This document shows, in pieces, positions 62,826-64,000 of a stretch of DNA of 64,000 nucleotides. Positions within the stretch are counted from its first letter, which is position 1, and the number at the start of each line of letters is the position of its first letter. The stretch is taken from positions 3,072,001 through 3,136,000 of the forward strand of contig CAWIIB010000009.1 in the NCBI GenBank assembly GCA_963836075.1. The letters are read 5' to 3'. The notes under the pieces were generated by a model, which worked only from the letters and a program-made list of their open reading frames with translations, made no database searches and was not told the origin of the DNA. Origin of the DNA: an uncultured Acidobacteriota bacterium. Its GTDB lineage: Bacteria > Acidobacteriota > JAQAZP01. The position numbers and the translations under genes are program-made.

Positions 62826-64000
62826 ATGCCACAGCTGTCTGGTTCGGAGAAGAGTGTGGATAAGGAAACCGGATCGAACACCCTTCTTTTCGTGGATGAC
62901 GAGGTTTTGATCCTCGACTTCCTGGTGGATGCCTTTTCCGGGGATTACCATGTGCTCTGTGCCAGAAGCGGCGTGGAAGCATTGCGGATCCTCGGGGAGC
63001 AGCCGGTGGCGGTGATCATCACCGACCAGCGGATGGCCGGGATGTCCGGTGTTGAACTGCTCTCCATCGTCCAGGAGAAGTTCCCCGAGACGGTTCGCCT
63101 GTTGATGACCGCCCACCGGGATGTGGAGGACGTGATCGAGGCGGTGAACCGCGGGCACATCTACCAGTTCCTGCACAAGCCGCTGAAGGACGTGGAGTTG
63201 CGCCAGGTTCTGGACCAGGCCATCCGCTACCGCCGCCTTTCCCAGGAGAACAGCCTGCTGGCCGACGAGCTGATGCGGGTCAACCGGCAGCTGGAGGGGA
63301 AACTCGAGCACGGTTCGATGCAGCTGGCCAGCAAGAACCGCCAGCTGGAGACGCATCTCCGGCAGACCGAGCGGCTGGCCCAGTTCAGCCACCGGATCAA
63401 CCTGCTGAGCTACAACCGGCTCTTCGGCGTGCTTCACGAGGAACTGCCCATCCTGCTGGACATCGATCTCTTCTCGCTCTTTGAGGTCAAGAGACGGCCG
63501 CTGGAGGGGACGGAGGAGGAGCAGGGCGTTGCCGTCTGCCGGATCCACAACCACCCGATGGGGATCGATGACCTGGAGCACCCGTTGCGGGAGGTGAAAC
63601 CCGGGCTGATGCGGGACGTGATCGACGGCAAGCAGCCGATCATGGTGGAAAGCTTCAGCCGGTCCAACTACCACCGGGGATGGGTGCGGCCCAAGTATCG
63701 TGGCGACTCGTGCTGTACGGTGCCGCTGATGATCGACGGCAACCTGATCGGCGTGCTCAACCTCTCAGGCCGCGAGGACCAGCTGTTCAACGACGAATCG
63801 CTGGCCCTGTTCAATCACGTCGGCGAGAACCTGGCCAGCGCCCTGAGCAACTGCGCCCTGCACCTCAAGACCCAGCAGCTGGCGATCACCGACGGCCTGA
63901 CCAGGCTCTACAACATCGGTCATTTCCTCGAGCGGATGGAGGAAGAGATTTCCCGCGCCCGGCGGTTCTCGGCGCCGCTCTCCTGCATCATGATCGACCT
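62826..64000 (+). CDS. Response regulator receiver + GAF + GGDEF diguanylate cyclase (3'-truncated by window end)
   Basis: Translated by hand: LLFVDDE...IITDQRM.GMSG...KP; PLMIDG.LIGVLNL; LAITDGLTRLYN...R.RR...PLSCIMID. Confidence 0.88.
   Translation, partial: MPQLSGSEKSVDKETGSNTLLFVDDEVLILDFLVDAFSGDYHVLCARSGVEALRILGEQPVAVIITDQRMAGMSGVELLSIVQEKFPETVRLLMTAHRDVEDVIEAVNRGHIYQFLHKPLKDVELRQVLDQAIRYRRLSQENSLLADELMRVNRQLEGKLEHGSMQLASKNRQLETHLRQTERLAQFSHRINLLSYNRLFGVLHEELPILLDIDLFSLFEVKRRPLEGTEEEQGVAVCRIHNHPMGIDDLEHPLREVKPGLMRDVIDGKQPIMVESFSRSNYHRGWVRPKYRGDSCCTVPLMIDGNLIGVLNLSGREDQLFNDESLALFNHVGENLASALSNCALHLKTQQLAITDGLTRLYNIGHFLERMEEEISRARRFSAPLSCIMID

Overview
GC-rich bacterial chromosomal window. 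The GWxTD and Acidobacterial-type VWA proteins suggest Acidobacteriota or a relative (inference). The main candidate novel system is a variant quinohemoprotein amine dehydrogenase (qhp) operon at 3613-13411. It encodes a heme-less QhpA-like protein, a QhpD radical SAM/SPASM enzyme, a Cys/Trp-rich QhpC gamma subunit that keeps the CTQ Cys-x5-Trp, two beta-propellers, a QhpF-like ABC exporter and a QhpE-like subtilisin. The O2-dependent flavin monooxygenase QhpG is absent from the window, and a UbiV/UbiU-like U32 pair sits in the operon instead, which suggests O2-independent tryptophylquinone biogenesis. A second candidate is a RiPP locus at 56245-61280 with three paralogous ~87-aa Gly/Ser-rich precursors and a B12-dependent radical SAM enzyme, partly on a 2.3-kb islet bounded by a duplicated tRNA-Leu 3' end. 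The rest holds many secreted FG-GAP/beta-helix proteins sharing two recurrent C-terminal modules, an EPS export trio, two ECF sigma modules, a TMTC-like glycosyltransferase, cutC-mlrC-symporter genes, an MNT-HEPN toxin-antitoxin cassette, tRNA-Leu(CAG) and a truncated diguanylate cyclase. About ten single-base frameshifts are probably sequencing errors. All family calls come from motif recognition by eye; no database searches were run.
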